Assembly: GCA_964404795.1 (NCBI GenBank) | Contig: CAYOLI010000005.1 | Location: forward strand, 1-57,767 | Direction of reading: 5' to 3' | DNA length: 57,767 bases | DNA from: an uncultured Candidatus Saccharibacteria bacterium | GTDB taxonomy: Bacteria; Patescibacteriota; Saccharimonadia; Saccharimonadales; 2-12-FULL-41-12 | Shown: one piece after another, positions 18,942 through 28,441 of the stretch | Position numbering within the stretch: position 1 is the first letter of the stretch | How the letters are laid out: the number at the start of each line of letters is the position of its first letter | Made by a program: the position numbers and the translations under genes | The notes under the pieces: generated by a model | The model's input: only the letters and a program-made list of their open reading frames with translations | Databases searched by the model: none | Told to the model about the DNA's origin: nothing

Positions 18942-20075
18942 ATGGATTATAAAAAAGAAGCGCTTAAAAAACACAAACAATTAAAGGGTAAGATATCGAT
19001 TAAACTAAAAGATAATTTAAGTAGTGTCCAAAAACTTAGCACTTACTACACTCCTGGCGTTGGCGTGGTTAGTGAACACCTGTCAAGAAACCCTAAAGAA
19101 ACCCCACTTTATACCTGGACTAACAACTGCGTAGCGGTAATTAGTGATGGGTCGGCAGTACTTGGACTAGGTAATGTTGGACCAGAAGCCGCATTGCCAG
19201 TCATGGAAGGTAAAGCAATGCTATTTAAGCACTTTGCCCAAATAAACGCCGTTCCAATTGTTATTGATGTTCATACGGTCGATGAAATAGTAAGAACGGT
19301 TGAGGCAATTGCTCCTAGTTTTGGAGCCATCAATCTAGAAGATATTGCTGCCCCAATTTGTTTTGAGGTAGAAAGACGTTTAATCCACTCTATCGAAAAA
19401 CCCATCATGCATGATGACCAACATGGTACAGCAGTGGTTGTTCTGGCTGGTCTCATAAACGCCATGAGAGTCACAAAACGTGACTTTAGTAAGACCAAAA
19501 TTGTAGTGTCAGGCGCAGGAGCAGCGGGAACAGCAATCGTCGAACTAATTTATAAATTTGTTAGCCCCCACATTATCGTAGTCGATAGCAAAGGCATTGT
19601 TAACTCTGCCCGTCAAGATTTAAATGAAGAAAAAAAATACCTGCTTAAATTTTCTAACCCAGAAAATATCGAAGGTATTTTAGCAGATTCACTAAAGGGT
19701 GCTGATGTATTCTTGGGAGTATCAAAAGCTGGTCTCCTGTCCACAAAAATGATTAAGACAATGAGCAAGGATCCTATAATTTTTGCCATGGCTAACCCCG
19801 ATCCAGAAATCATGCCCGGTGAAGCAATTCGTTCCGGTGCCGCAATTGTTGCTACTGGTAGAAGTGACTTCCCTAATCAAATCAATAATGCCCTAGCATT
19901 TCCCGGCATTTTTAGAGGTGCGCTAGATAATAAAGTAAATCGTATTACAACAAAACACAAAATTGCTGCTGCAAAAGCAATAGCGTCTTTAGTGAAAAAT
20001 CCATCCGCCGAACGTATTGTACCTACGATCCAGGACAAAAGGATAGTGCCAGCTATTGCAGAAATTATGCTTTAG
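18942..20075 (+). CDS. NAD(P)-dependent malic enzyme (short form, no PTA domain)
   Basis: MDYKKEALKKHKQLKGKI, YTPGV, LGLGNVGPEAALPVMEGKA, HDDQHGTAVV, SGAGAAG and ANPDPEI are typical of short bacterial malic enzymes. The start is set at 18942 because the 51-codon upstream extension in the ORF track contains the -10 box. Confidence 0.85.
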   Translation: MDYKKEALKKHKQLKGKISIKLKDNLSSVQKLSTYYTPGVGVVSEHLSRNPKETPLYTWTNNCVAVISDGSAVLGLGNVGPEAALPVMEGKAMLFKHFAQINAVPIVIDVHTVDEIVRTVEAIAPSFGAINLEDIAAPICFEVERRLIHSIEKPIMHDDQHGTAVVVLAGLINAMRVTKRDFSKTKIVVSGAGAAGTAIVELIYKFVSPHIIVVDSKGIVNSARQDLNEEKKYLLKFSNPENIEGILADSLKGADVFLGVSKAGLLSTKMIKTMSKDPIIFAMANPDPEIMPGEAIRSGAAIVATGRSDFPNQINNALAFPGIFRGALDNKVNRITTKHKIAAAKAIASLVKNPSAERIVPTIQDKRIVPAIAEIML

Positions 20076-21718
20076 CCAACAACTCTATACACTTCTTCGA
20101 TAGTCGTTTGACCAGCAATCACCTTTAATATTCCATCCTGCAGCATAGTAATCATGCCGTCATGAACGGCTTGTTTCTCAATTTCGTCTGTGGTTATTTC
20201 GCTAGGAGATTTTTTGAGTAAACTACGAATACCTTCCGACATTGGTAATTGTTCTCTCAGGGCAATTTGTCCCTTATACCCAAATGGGTTCGCGTCGGAA
20301 CTCCCAGGATTATATAGTTGTAACCCATCCAAACTTGGCTTAGGAACGCTTTCTGGAAGTGTGTCTATTATTGTTTGTAAATGTTTTTTAATACTATCGT
20401 CTGGCTGGTATGACTGCTTGGTATCATCGTCTAGCCGTCTCACCAGGCGCTGGGCCATAACCAAATGGATGGCACTTGAAAATAATGGATTAATTCCTAC
20501 CGAATCAAGCATTCTTGTTAAAGCTGCCGAAGCCGACGAAGCATGAAAAGTTGATAGTACAAGATGCCCTGTTAATGCCGCCTGAAGAGCCGTCCTAGCA
20601 GTATCCTTATCTCTAATTTCGCCAATCATAACTACGTCCGGATCGAGTCGAAGCACTGCACGCAATTTATCAGCAAATTCAGTATCGTTGTCATCACCGT
20701 GTGCGGGAATCTGAACTAGCCCTTCCATAAAATATTCTATCGGGTCTTCTAGTGTTATTATTTTTCTTTCAGGAGAATTAAGAGTGTTCAGCAACGAGTA
20801 CAAAGTTGTCGTTTTACCCGAACCAGTTGGGCCAACCACTAGTACAAGTCCTGTTGGGTGGTTGATAACATCGTCTACAGCAATTCTCTCTCTATCGCTA
20901 AGCCCCAAATTATCGATTGTTAAGAGTTCCATTTTTAAATTAAAAAGACGCATAACTATATCGTAGCCATAAGCAGTCGGAATGGTCTCTACTCGTAAAT
21001 TTAGTATTACTTCTTCACCTGTCGCTAGCTTGTATGTGCTATTAATATGACCAGTTTGCGCGTCTCGGCTGGCAGTACTGACGTTGGCCGCTATAGCAAT
21101 CGATGATAATAATTGTTTGTATTTTTCGTAACTTAATTGGGCAATGGGGTGTAGTACACCATCTACTCTCATACGAATTCTGACTTCATTTTTTTGACAT
21201 TCAATATGAATATCCGAACCTTTAAGCTGATGAGCTTGCATCACTAAGTACGCCAAAATATCGTCTGCCAGCACTTGGTTTAGTGAATCACTAACCCTTT
21301 GGAATAGATTATCATTTTCACCTGCCGAAAGCTTAATATCTTCATACACTATTTTTTTGGGGGGGTTAAATAACTGCATATAATCACGATATCCACTGTC
21401 CGATATTAGAGAAAACCCAACTCTCTGATCGGGGAAACGATTGCGCAAACTATCCATCGTTTGATGCGATGTCGTATTGGTGACGCCAAATTCAATATGA
21501 TGTTCATCGACGTACATTGGTACAACCTTAAGTTGCACAAGCTCCGTAACCGATAGAACACCTTTAAAAACCCTTTTATCTGGATTTGAGGTGTCAGAAT
21601 AGCTCATGCCTAATATTCTAGAACGTCTCTTCGTTGCTTGCTCTTCGGTCATCCTTGCGTCGTTTTGCACCATCATTCTATATTTAACCATAAGGAGATT
21701 GTCTCCAACAAGTGACAT
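20072..21718 (-). CDS. pilB: type IV pilus / type II secretion ATPase (PilB/GspE family)
   Basis: It has Walker A GPTGSGKTT, an Asp box, Walker B VVMIGEIRD, a His box (LVLSTFHA) and an N-terminal T2SSE_N-like region. The true start may be an internal Met (21652-21691), because the trmH -10 box lies only 8 nt from the annotated start. Confidence 0.85.
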   Translation of the reverse strand: MSLVGDNLLMVKYRMMVQNDARMTEEQATKRRSRILGMSYSDTSNPDKRVFKGVLSVTELVQLKVVPMYVDEHHIEFGVTNTTSHQTMDSLRNRFPDQRVGFSLISDSGYRDYMQLFNPPKKIVYEDIKLSAGENDNLFQRVSDSLNQVLADDILAYLVMQAHQLKGSDIHIECQKNEVRIRMRVDGVLHPIAQLSYEKYKQLLSSIAIAANVSTASRDAQTGHINSTYKLATGEEVILNLRVETIPTAYGYDIVMRLFNLKMELLTIDNLGLSDRERIAVDDVINHPTGLVLVVGPTGSGKTTTLYSLLNTLNSPERKIITLEDPIEYFMEGLVQIPAHGDDNDTEFADKLRAVLRLDPDVVMIGEIRDKDTARTALQAALTGHLVLSTFHASSASAALTRMLDSVGINPLFSSAIHLVMAQRLVRRLDDDTKQSYQPDDSIKKHLQTIIDTLPESVPKPSLDGLQLYNPGSSDANPFGYKGQIALREQLPMSEGIRSLLKKSPSEITTDEIEKQAVHDGMITMLQDGILKVIAGQTTIEEVYRVVG

Positions 21719-21739
21719 GACAAAGTATAATGGTTAATC

Positions 21740-22240
21740 ATGAACAGACAGATTGTCGTTATAGCGCACAATATTAGGAGCGCCCATAATGTTGGGTCCA
21801 TTATGCGTACTTGCGAAGGTATTGGTGTCGCCAAGTTATTCCTATCTGGGTACACCCCGTACCCCGCTGCTCCAAATGATAGTCGAATGCCTCATGTTGC
21901 AAAAAAGAACGATGAAAAAATTGCAAAGATCGCTTTAGGTGCCGAGAAGCTACTGGATTGGCAGTACGAAGGAGATATTGTTTACCTTATCGAGAAATTG
22001 CGAAACGACGGATATAAAATTGTAGGCCTAGAACAAACCATAAAAAGTGTGCCGCTGCCATCTATTAATACCAAAGAAGGTAAGTTATGTTTAATCGTGG
22101 GCAACGAAGTAAATGGACTAGATAACTCGGTGCTAAACCAACTGGATATGATTGTCGAAATACCGATGCTCGGGAAAAAAGAGTCGTTTAATGTCGTACA
22201 GGCCTTGGCTATGACGCTCTACAAATTGACTTTTGAGTAA
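21740..22240 (+). CDS. SpoU/TrmH-family RNA 2'-O-methyltransferase
   Basis: NIRSAHNVGSIMRTCEGIG, LIVGNEVNGL and ESFNVVQALAMTLY are SPOUT-class motifs. The specificity is unknown. Confidence 0.8.
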   Translation: MNRQIVVIAHNIRSAHNVGSIMRTCEGIGVAKLFLSGYTPYPAAPNDSRMPHVAKKNDEKIAKIALGAEKLLDWQYEGDIVYLIEKLRNDGYKIVGLEQTIKSVPLPSINTKEGKLCLIVGNEVNGLDNSVLNQLDMIVEIPMLGKKESFNVVQALAMTLYKLTFE

Positions 22241-22263
22241 TAAATTTGAGAGCAATACTCCCG

Positions 22264-22292
22264 TTGATAAGTTCGCGCTAAGGTGTTACAAT
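22264..22292 (+). promoter_or_regulatory. putative promoter of the CAP-domain gene
   Basis: TTGATA (22264..22269), a 17-nt spacer, then TGtTACAAT (extended -10, 22284..22292). The ATG is at 22312. Confidence 0.5.
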
Positions 22293-22311
22293 CATTGTAC
22301 AAAACATCAAT

Positions 22312-23163
22312 ATGCCAGTAAAACAAAAACCAACCCAAAAAAAATACTCTAGACGCTTCCTGAAAGTTTACGCTCCATACCTACCGCTGTTATTGATAGT
22401 CGGGCTAGGTATTTTTATATCTTTGAGTGGTTCTTTCAAGAAAAAATCGCACGACGAAGTTCTCAGTTACGCAACAAACATTACCCCTACTACTCTCTTA
22501 CAAGAAACAAACAAGGAACGTACTGATAACCAGGCACCGATTTTAAAAATAAACACAAACCTAAACTCTGCTGCACAAGCTAAAGCAAACGACATGGCAG
22601 AAAAAAACTACTGGTCACATGTCAGCCCTGACGGTAAAGAACCATCATATTTTGTCGAACAATCGGGTTATCAGTATACAAAAATAGCCGAAAATTTGGC
22701 ATACGGATTTACCTCTACAAAATCGGCTGTCAGTGGCTGGATGAACAGCCCTACTCACCGTTCAAACCTACTAGACCACACTTTAAGTGAAGTAGGATTC
22801 GGAATTGTTAACGTTGAAAATTATCAAAATCAGGGCCCAGAGACCATCATTGTGGCAATTTACGGATCACCTGCGGAAAGCTTGAAAGTAGTTGCTTCGC
22901 ATACTACAACTACCAGTAATCAAAATAAGATCAGCCATATACAAACTTTAACGGATGGTCACGCACCATGGAGTAGTTTTGTTTTAGGCATCTTAATCGG
23001 TGGGATTGTTGTCTATTTAGTAGTAACCCACACAACCCGAGTTAGGAGAGTGCTAAAAATCAGTGAAAGATTCATCATAAAACACCCTCTACTAGATATG
23101 ACCCTACTCGCTCTCTTAGCCCTTGTATCCATATTGATTCAGACCGATGGTACTATTTACTGA
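22312..23163 (+). CDS. membrane-anchored CAP/SCP (PR-1-like) domain protein
   Basis: An N-terminal TM helix is followed by a CAP domain (AQAKANDMAEKNYWSHVSPDG, GWMNSPTHRSNLL, VGFGI) and two C-terminal TM helices. Confidence 0.75.
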   Translation: MPVKQKPTQKKYSRRFLKVYAPYLPLLLIVGLGIFISLSGSFKKKSHDEVLSYATNITPTTLLQETNKERTDNQAPILKINTNLNSAAQAKANDMAEKNYWSHVSPDGKEPSYFVEQSGYQYTKIAENLAYGFTSTKSAVSGWMNSPTHRSNLLDHTLSEVGFGIVNVENYQNQGPETIIVAIYGSPAESLKVVASHTTTTSNQNKISHIQTLTDGHAPWSSFVLGILIGGIVVYLVVTHTTRVRRVLKISERFIIKHPLLDMTLLALLALVSILIQTDGTIY

Positions 23164-26100
23164 TACTTGACAAATTCTTGCCCAAATATCTCTTTAACTC
23201 CGTTGAGTAGCGTCTCTTTAGCATCAACCATATTAGGTAACCGAATAATTTGTTTTTTTTGTTCTGCACCTATTACTAGTACTACCGGTACTTTTCCAGG
23301 ATGCAAATCAATAACTGTCTTGAGCTTAACCAATTTTTTTTCATCTGATTCGCCGATTCTCACATAGATCCTTTTTTCGGTGCTAAAAGCTACTTGTTCT
23401 ACTCTATCTTTATTATTAGCAACGGAAGTTTTTGTTGTTTTAGAAATTTTAGGAACATTAGGTTTCTTACCAGTCGATTTATAACTTGTAGCTTGTTCGT
23501 GTGTAATCTCCCTCGCATCTTCAACTATAATCTTGACTTCGTCAGAACCATTCCTGTTGTCTCTATTTATTCGTCCAGTTACCAGTAGCACCATATCTTT
23601 TTGCCAAATACCAACTGTTTTTTGATAAACATCAGGAAAAATGATCAATTCAACTTCATTCGCGATATCAGCTATTTTTACGAAAGCCATGGATTGTCCT
23701 TTTTTTGTTTTGATTTCACGAAATTCTGTGATGGAACCACCAACCTTTGTTTTTTTACCCTCCATTTCGACCGATAAGTCACCAATAGAATGAGTATTCT
23801 CTTCCAAGAACAATTTGTACTCTTCTAGCGGGTGACTACTCAAATACAAGCCCAGTAACTCTCTTTCCCAAACCAGCTGGGTCCGAAGCGGAAACTCTAA
23901 AGAGGCAGGAACCAAAGTTAACTCTGCAAATGAAGTATTCTCGTGACTATCCTCAAAAAGCCCCATCTGATTACTTGATTTTTCCTTATGCACTCTGGCA
24001 GAGTAACTTGTCAACAAGTCCAAATTAGCGATTAGAGTTGATCTTTCCTCGAAACAATCCATTGCACCTGCTTTAATTAAGCTCTCTAGTGTTTTTCTGT
24101 TTACTACCCTAGGTTCTACTCTGTACAAAAAATCTTGAATATTTTTAAATTTACCGCTCTCTTCTCTAACGCGTATTATTTCATCAACTGCACCTTTACC
24201 AACATTTTTGATAGCGTTCATACCAAAACGAATGCTCTCCTTTTTATTGCCATATATGACCGCAAATTCTAAGAATGACTCATTTACGTCTGGAGGTAAT
24301 ACATCTATACCATTACTACGACATTCTGTTATATCAATAGCTAAATGATCCGTGTCATCAAAGTCGCTGGTCATTAAAGCAGCTAAAAATGCAACTGGAA
24401 AATGTGCTTTCAGGTAAGCGGTCCAATAAGCAATCAACCCGTAGCAAGCAGCGTGGGACTTATTAAAAGCGTAGTCCGCAAACCCCTCTAGGTCAGTCCA
24501 GAATTTTTCCGCCACTCTTTTTTCTACACCATTTTTTATGGCTCCGCTGATGATTTTGTCTTTCTGCTCAATCATCATCTCTCTGATCTTTTTACCAACT
24601 GCCTTTCTAAGAGTGTCTGCTTCTCCACCAGAAAATCCGCACATTTCTTTAGCAATCTGCATAACCTGCTCTTGGTAGACCAAAACACCGTATGTATTCT
24701 TTAATGAGTTCTTCATTAATTCGTGATCGTAAACAACTTGCTTTCGGCCGTTTTTACGAGCAATAAACTCATCTGTCAAGCCAGCGGTCAGTGGCCCAGG
24801 CCGATATAGCGCAACCATAGCGATGATATCTTCAAAAACGGTTGGTTTGAGCTCTTTTAGATAACGCTTCATGCCACTTGATTCCAGCTGAAAAACTCCA
24901 ATTGTGTCACCCCGCTGAAAAAGCCCATAGGTCTTTTCGTCATCTAGGGGAATGTTTGATATATCGATATCCTTACCATATACCTTTTTGATAATCCTTA
25001 GGGCATTTTTGATAATAGTTAAATTAGAAAGTCCTAGAAAATCAATCTTTAGCAGGCCGATTTCTTCAACTGGGCCCATAGAGTATTGCGTAGCAATAAC
25101 ACCTTTTTGAGCCATTTCCAGAGGTGTAAAATTTGTAATAATATCTGGCGCAATTACTACTCCAGCAGCATGCACGCCATGACTCCTAATCGTCCCCTCA
25201 AGGCGTACGGCTAAGTCAAAAACTTCCTTTGATTTTGGGCTATTTTTATATTCTTCTGCTAAATTCTCATCATCCACGAGTGATTTTTTTAAAGGAATAT
25301 GCCTACCCTGGACTGGTGGAGGTATCATTTTAGCAAGCCGATCGGCTTCAGCATACGGCACCTGCAAAACACGTGCAACATCTCTAACCGCATTTCTTGC
25401 TGCCATCCTACCAAAGGTTACAATATTAGCCACCCTATCCTCACCATATTTTTCTATACAATATTCAATGACTTCGTTACGCCTGGAGTCCTGAATATCG
25501 ATATCAATATCAGGCATACTGATTCGATCTGGGTTTAGGAATCTTTCGAAAAGTAAGTCATACGCCAAAGGGTCAAGTTCAGTAATATTTAGGGCATATG
25601 CAATTATCGATCCAGCAGCACTCCCGCGACCTGGACCAAAGACTATTCCTCTATCTTTACCCCAGTTTACAAAGTCAGCGATAATCAAAAAATATCCATT
25701 AAAAGACATCTTATCTATAACAGATAGTTCGTATTCCGCTCTTGTAATAATTTCGTCAGAAATTTTCTTCCTAAGTTCCTCCGGCTTAATATTTTTAGTG
25801 TCTGTCTTTTTTACCGCACCGTACCTCCATGCTAGCCCCTGATATACCATTTCACGCAACATCATGCTTTCGGTGTAACCCTTGGGAACCGGATATTTCG
25901 GAATTAAAATTTTTCCAAGCGACAACTCTACATTACATTTTTTTGCTATTTCACTAGTATTAATTATAGATTCAGAATGCGCTTCACCCCATCTGCCGAT
26001 TATATCTTCTGCTGAAGAAACATAAAGCTCTAAATCTTTAAGTGACATTCTATTTTCATCTGACAAAAATGAACCTGTCTGAACGCATAGCAGTATTTCA

Positions 26101-26804
26101 TGAGCTTCCTGGTCCTCTTTTTTTAAATAGTGTGCGTCGCCGGTAATTACTGTTTTTACTTCAAGTTCATCAGCCAACCTAAATGCCAACTTGTTGACAT
26201 TTGTTTGCCTAACCCAAGACGTTGGGTGTTTGGGATGTCCATGATCTTGGATTTCGATGTAGTATCTATCCTGAAATATTTGTTTATACCAGCTAGCTGT
26301 ATCTCTTGCCTGTTTGTATTGCCCCTGGTCAAGAGCAGATCCAACCTCACTATTAATACAGCCAGAAAGAACAATTAGACCTTCACCATATTTTTCAAGT
26401 AACTGATGGTCAATCCTTGGCTTATAGTAAAATCCATCAAGACACGCAATTGTACTGAGTTTCATCAGATTGTCGTAACCCTGATTGTTCATAGCAAGAA
26501 TAGTCAAATGATAATACTGTTTATCCCTGGAGGGATCTTTGTCGGTATGCTCTCGGGGGGCTACATAGGCCTCCATGCCGATTATTGGTTTAACGCTACC
26601 TTTTTTTGCAGTTTTATAAAATTCAATTGCACCAGACAATGTCCCATGATCGGTCATAGCTATCGCCTTCATTCCACCGTCCGCAATTCTATCTATTAAT
26701 TCCGGGATTTTCGTCAAGCCATCAAGCAAGCTATATTGAGTATGGTTATGCAGATGCACAAAATCCGCATTGGTTAATTTATTTATAGTATTTTTTTTAG
26801 ACAC
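23157..26804 (-). CDS. dnaE: DNA polymerase III alpha subunit DnaE
   Basis: It has an N-terminal PHP domain (FVHLHNHTQYSLLDG), the polymerase core (GPGRGSAAGS, PDIDIDI) and HhH and OB-fold regions. The start is GTG, with an AGGAG SD about 13 nt upstream. Confidence 0.93.
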   Translation of the reverse strand: MSKKNTINKLTNADFVHLHNHTQYSLLDGLTKIPELIDRIADGGMKAIAMTDHGTLSGAIEFYKTAKKGSVKPIIGMEAYVAPREHTDKDPSRDKQYYHLTILAMNNQGYDNLMKLSTIACLDGFYYKPRIDHQLLEKYGEGLIVLSGCINSEVGSALDQGQYKQARDTASWYKQIFQDRYYIEIQDHGHPKHPTSWVRQTNVNKLAFRLADELEVKTVITGDAHYLKKEDQEAHEILLCVQTGSFLSDENRMSLKDLELYVSSAEDIIGRWGEAHSESIINTSEIAKKCNVELSLGKILIPKYPVPKGYTESMMLREMVYQGLAWRYGAVKKTDTKNIKPEELRKKISDEIITRAEYELSVIDKMSFNGYFLIIADFVNWGKDRGIVFGPGRGSAAGSIIAYALNITELDPLAYDLLFERFLNPDRISMPDIDIDIQDSRRNEVIEYCIEKYGEDRVANIVTFGRMAARNAVRDVARVLQVPYAEADRLAKMIPPPVQGRHIPLKKSLVDDENLAEEYKNSPKSKEVFDLAVRLEGTIRSHGVHAAGVVIAPDIITNFTPLEMAQKGVIATQYSMGPVEEIGLLKIDFLGLSNLTIIKNALRIIKKVYGKDIDISNIPLDDEKTYGLFQRGDTIGVFQLESSGMKRYLKELKPTVFEDIIAMVALYRPGPLTAGLTDEFIARKNGRKQVVYDHELMKNSLKNTYGVLVYQEQVMQIAKEMCGFSGGEADTLRKAVGKKIREMMIEQKDKIISGAIKNGVEKRVAEKFWTDLEGFADYAFNKSHAACYGLIAYWTAYLKAHFPVAFLAALMTSDFDDTDHLAIDITECRSNGIDVLPPDVNESFLEFAVIYGNKKESIRFGMNAIKNVGKGAVDEIIRVREESGKFKNIQDFLYRVEPRVVNRKTLESLIKAGAMDCFEERSTLIANLDLLTSYSARVHKEKSSNQMGLFEDSHENTSFAELTLVPASLEFPLRTQLVWERELLGLYLSSHPLEEYKLFLEENTHSIGDLSVEMEGKKTKVGGSITEFREIKTKKGQSMAFVKIADIANEVELIIFPDVYQKTVGIWQKDMVLLVTGRINRDNRNGSDEVKIIVEDAREITHEQATSYKSTGKKPNVPKISKTTKTSVANNKDRVEQVAFSTEKRIYVRIGESDEKKLVKLKTVIDLHPGKVPVVLVIGAEQKKQIIRLPNMVDAKETLLNGVKEIFGQEFVKYQ

Positions 26805-26851
26805 TTACTATTACCAGCTCCTACCCGTTGTTAACTATGAAAAGAGATATG

Positions 26852-27253
26852 TTATTTTTTTACAAACTTAGCTAAGTTTTCTTTTGCGAGCTTAACTTCT
26901 TCAATAACAGCTTTTAAATTGGGGTCATCGGCATCGCCGTCGTGCAGTGCGGACAAAAGCATACGTGCTTTATCTTTTGCAATATTGGCTTGCTTTAGTG
27001 CCTTTTGATATTCTCTGCTAGCTTGATTCCCGATCTCTTTTGTTTTTAAGGAAGATTTTTCCAAAAGAATATTCAACTCACTGTGCAAATTTTTTAGCTG
27101 TTTCTCCCCTTCGATTCTTGCTTTGGAAGCTGTTCTCGCAATGTCTTTTCGAGTTTCTTTGCCCGATTTTGGAGCAGATAGAACGCCAGCAAGATAACCA
27201 ACGGCTGCCGCAACGGCTGTGCCTAACGCAAAATTACGACTTCTTTTTGACAT
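26852..27253 (-). CDS. YtxH-domain protein
   Basis: GTAVAAAVGYLAGVLSAPKSGKETRKDI is the YtxH signature. The remainder is helical. Confidence 0.75.
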   Translation of the reverse strand: MSKRSRNFALGTAVAAAVGYLAGVLSAPKSGKETRKDIARTASKARIEGEKQLKNLHSELNILLEKSSLKTKEIGNQASREYQKALKQANIAKDKARMLLSALHDGDADDPNLKAVIEEVKLAKENLAKFVKK

Positions 27254-27522
27254 TATTTTTTATCCTTTCTGCTTGATTTTTTATAAATACTATCTCCAAT
27301 TGTGGCAATCAATTTTAAAATTGCCATTGGCGGAGCTGCTGTCCTAAAAAAATCACTAACATGTTCAGCGTTGTCAGCAACTTGTTCGGCATGATCTGTA
27401 ATACGTTTTATCGACTTTGCGATTCTAATTATTAAAATAGAGGCAACAATAGAAATAACAAGTAAAATTCCTAGCATAACACTCAGAATGACCACGGTTA
27501 CCTCGAACCAAGTACTACCCAT
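27253..27522 (-). CDS. DUF948-like small membrane protein
   Basis: A single N-terminal TM helix is followed by a helical region (ITDHAEQVADNAEHV). It is paired with the YtxH gene, as in Firmicutes. Confidence 0.6.
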   Translation of the reverse strand: MGSTWFEVTVVILSVMLGILLVISIVASILIIRIAKSIKRITDHAEQVADNAEHVSDFFRTAAPPMAILKLIATIGDSIYKKSSRKDKK

Positions 27523-27540
27523 AACATCTCTAAGTATACA

Positions 27541-28437
27541 CTAATTATTTTTTTCTAGTTTTGTTTTTATATGTTTGTAAATCTCCTTGTTTATGTCGGG
27601 ATGCTTGAGTGCAAAATCGATGACCGTCTTTATGTATTCAAGCTTATCCCCAGCATCATAAAAGATACCGTTTTTGATCTTTATTGCAATTACTTCTTGC
27701 CCATTATTAGCCATATCAAGCAACGCCTTATTGCTCACAAATTCTTCTCCGCCTTTTAAAGCTTTTAAATTATTACGCAAATATTTAAAAACTGTCGGTG
27801 TCAGCAAATAACCACTTACCGTAGCCAGATTTGAAGGAGTATTTTTTCTACCGGGTTTTTCTACGATATTTTCTACTTTTATAGCTCCGGGCTCAATTTG
27901 TTTGCCAGAAACATAACCATACTTATCAAAATCACCTTCTCCTCCCATATCAAGCGCACTCATTATTGGTACTTGATATTTCTGGTAAGCATCTATCATT
28001 TGTTGAAAACTTGGTGGATTAGCTTCGATAAAATCATCACAGAAAGTATATATAAATGGCTCATCTCCAATAATATGTTCTGAGTTTAGAATTGGTGTAC
28101 CATTGCCGTAAGGTCCTTTTTGACGAATATAAATAAAATTTGCCAACTCGCTGATTGCCTTAACCTCTTGCAGCAGACCCTCCTTCTTTTTTCCACCAAG
28201 CAAAAGATTGTCAACCAAATCGGCATTTGGCACATCAAAATGATCTTCAATGCTTCGTTTCGAATAGCCAGTAACAATAATAATATCTTCTATCCCAACA
28301 CGAACTAGCTCTTCGACCACATACTGAATGACGGGCTTATCTACTATTGGCAGCATCTCTTTGGGCATGGCCTTTGTTTGCGGCAAAAACCTAGTACCAA
28401 AACCAGCTGCCGCAATTACCGCCTTTCGAACACGCAT
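27541..28437 (-). CDS. galU: UTP--glucose-1-phosphate uridylyltransferase
   Basis: KAVIAAAGFGTRFLPQTKAMPKEMLPIVDKPVIQYVVEE is the GalU N-terminal signature. The start is taken at MRVRKAV, because the 29-codon extension in the ORF track overlaps gatB. Confidence 0.88.
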   Translation of the reverse strand: MRVRKAVIAAAGFGTRFLPQTKAMPKEMLPIVDKPVIQYVVEELVRVGIEDIIIVTGYSKRSIEDHFDVPNADLVDNLLLGGKKKEGLLQEVKAISELANFIYIRQKGPYGNGTPILNSEHIIGDEPFIYTFCDDFIEANPPSFQQMIDAYQKYQVPIMSALDMGGEGDFDKYGYVSGKQIEPGAIKVENIVEKPGRKNTPSNLATVSGYLLTPTVFKYLRNNLKALKGGEEFVSNKALLDMANNGQEVIAIKIKNGIFYDAGDKLEYIKTVIDFALKHPDINKEIYKHIKTKLEKNN

Positions 28438-28441
28438 TATT

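Noticed and set aside
21719-21739. A 21-bp divergent promoter region shared by pilB and the trmH-like gene.
   Set aside because: It is too short to hold two promoters. More likely pilB initiates at one of the internal Met codons (21652-21691), with its promoter inside the annotated 5' end, so it is not treated as a special regulatory feature.
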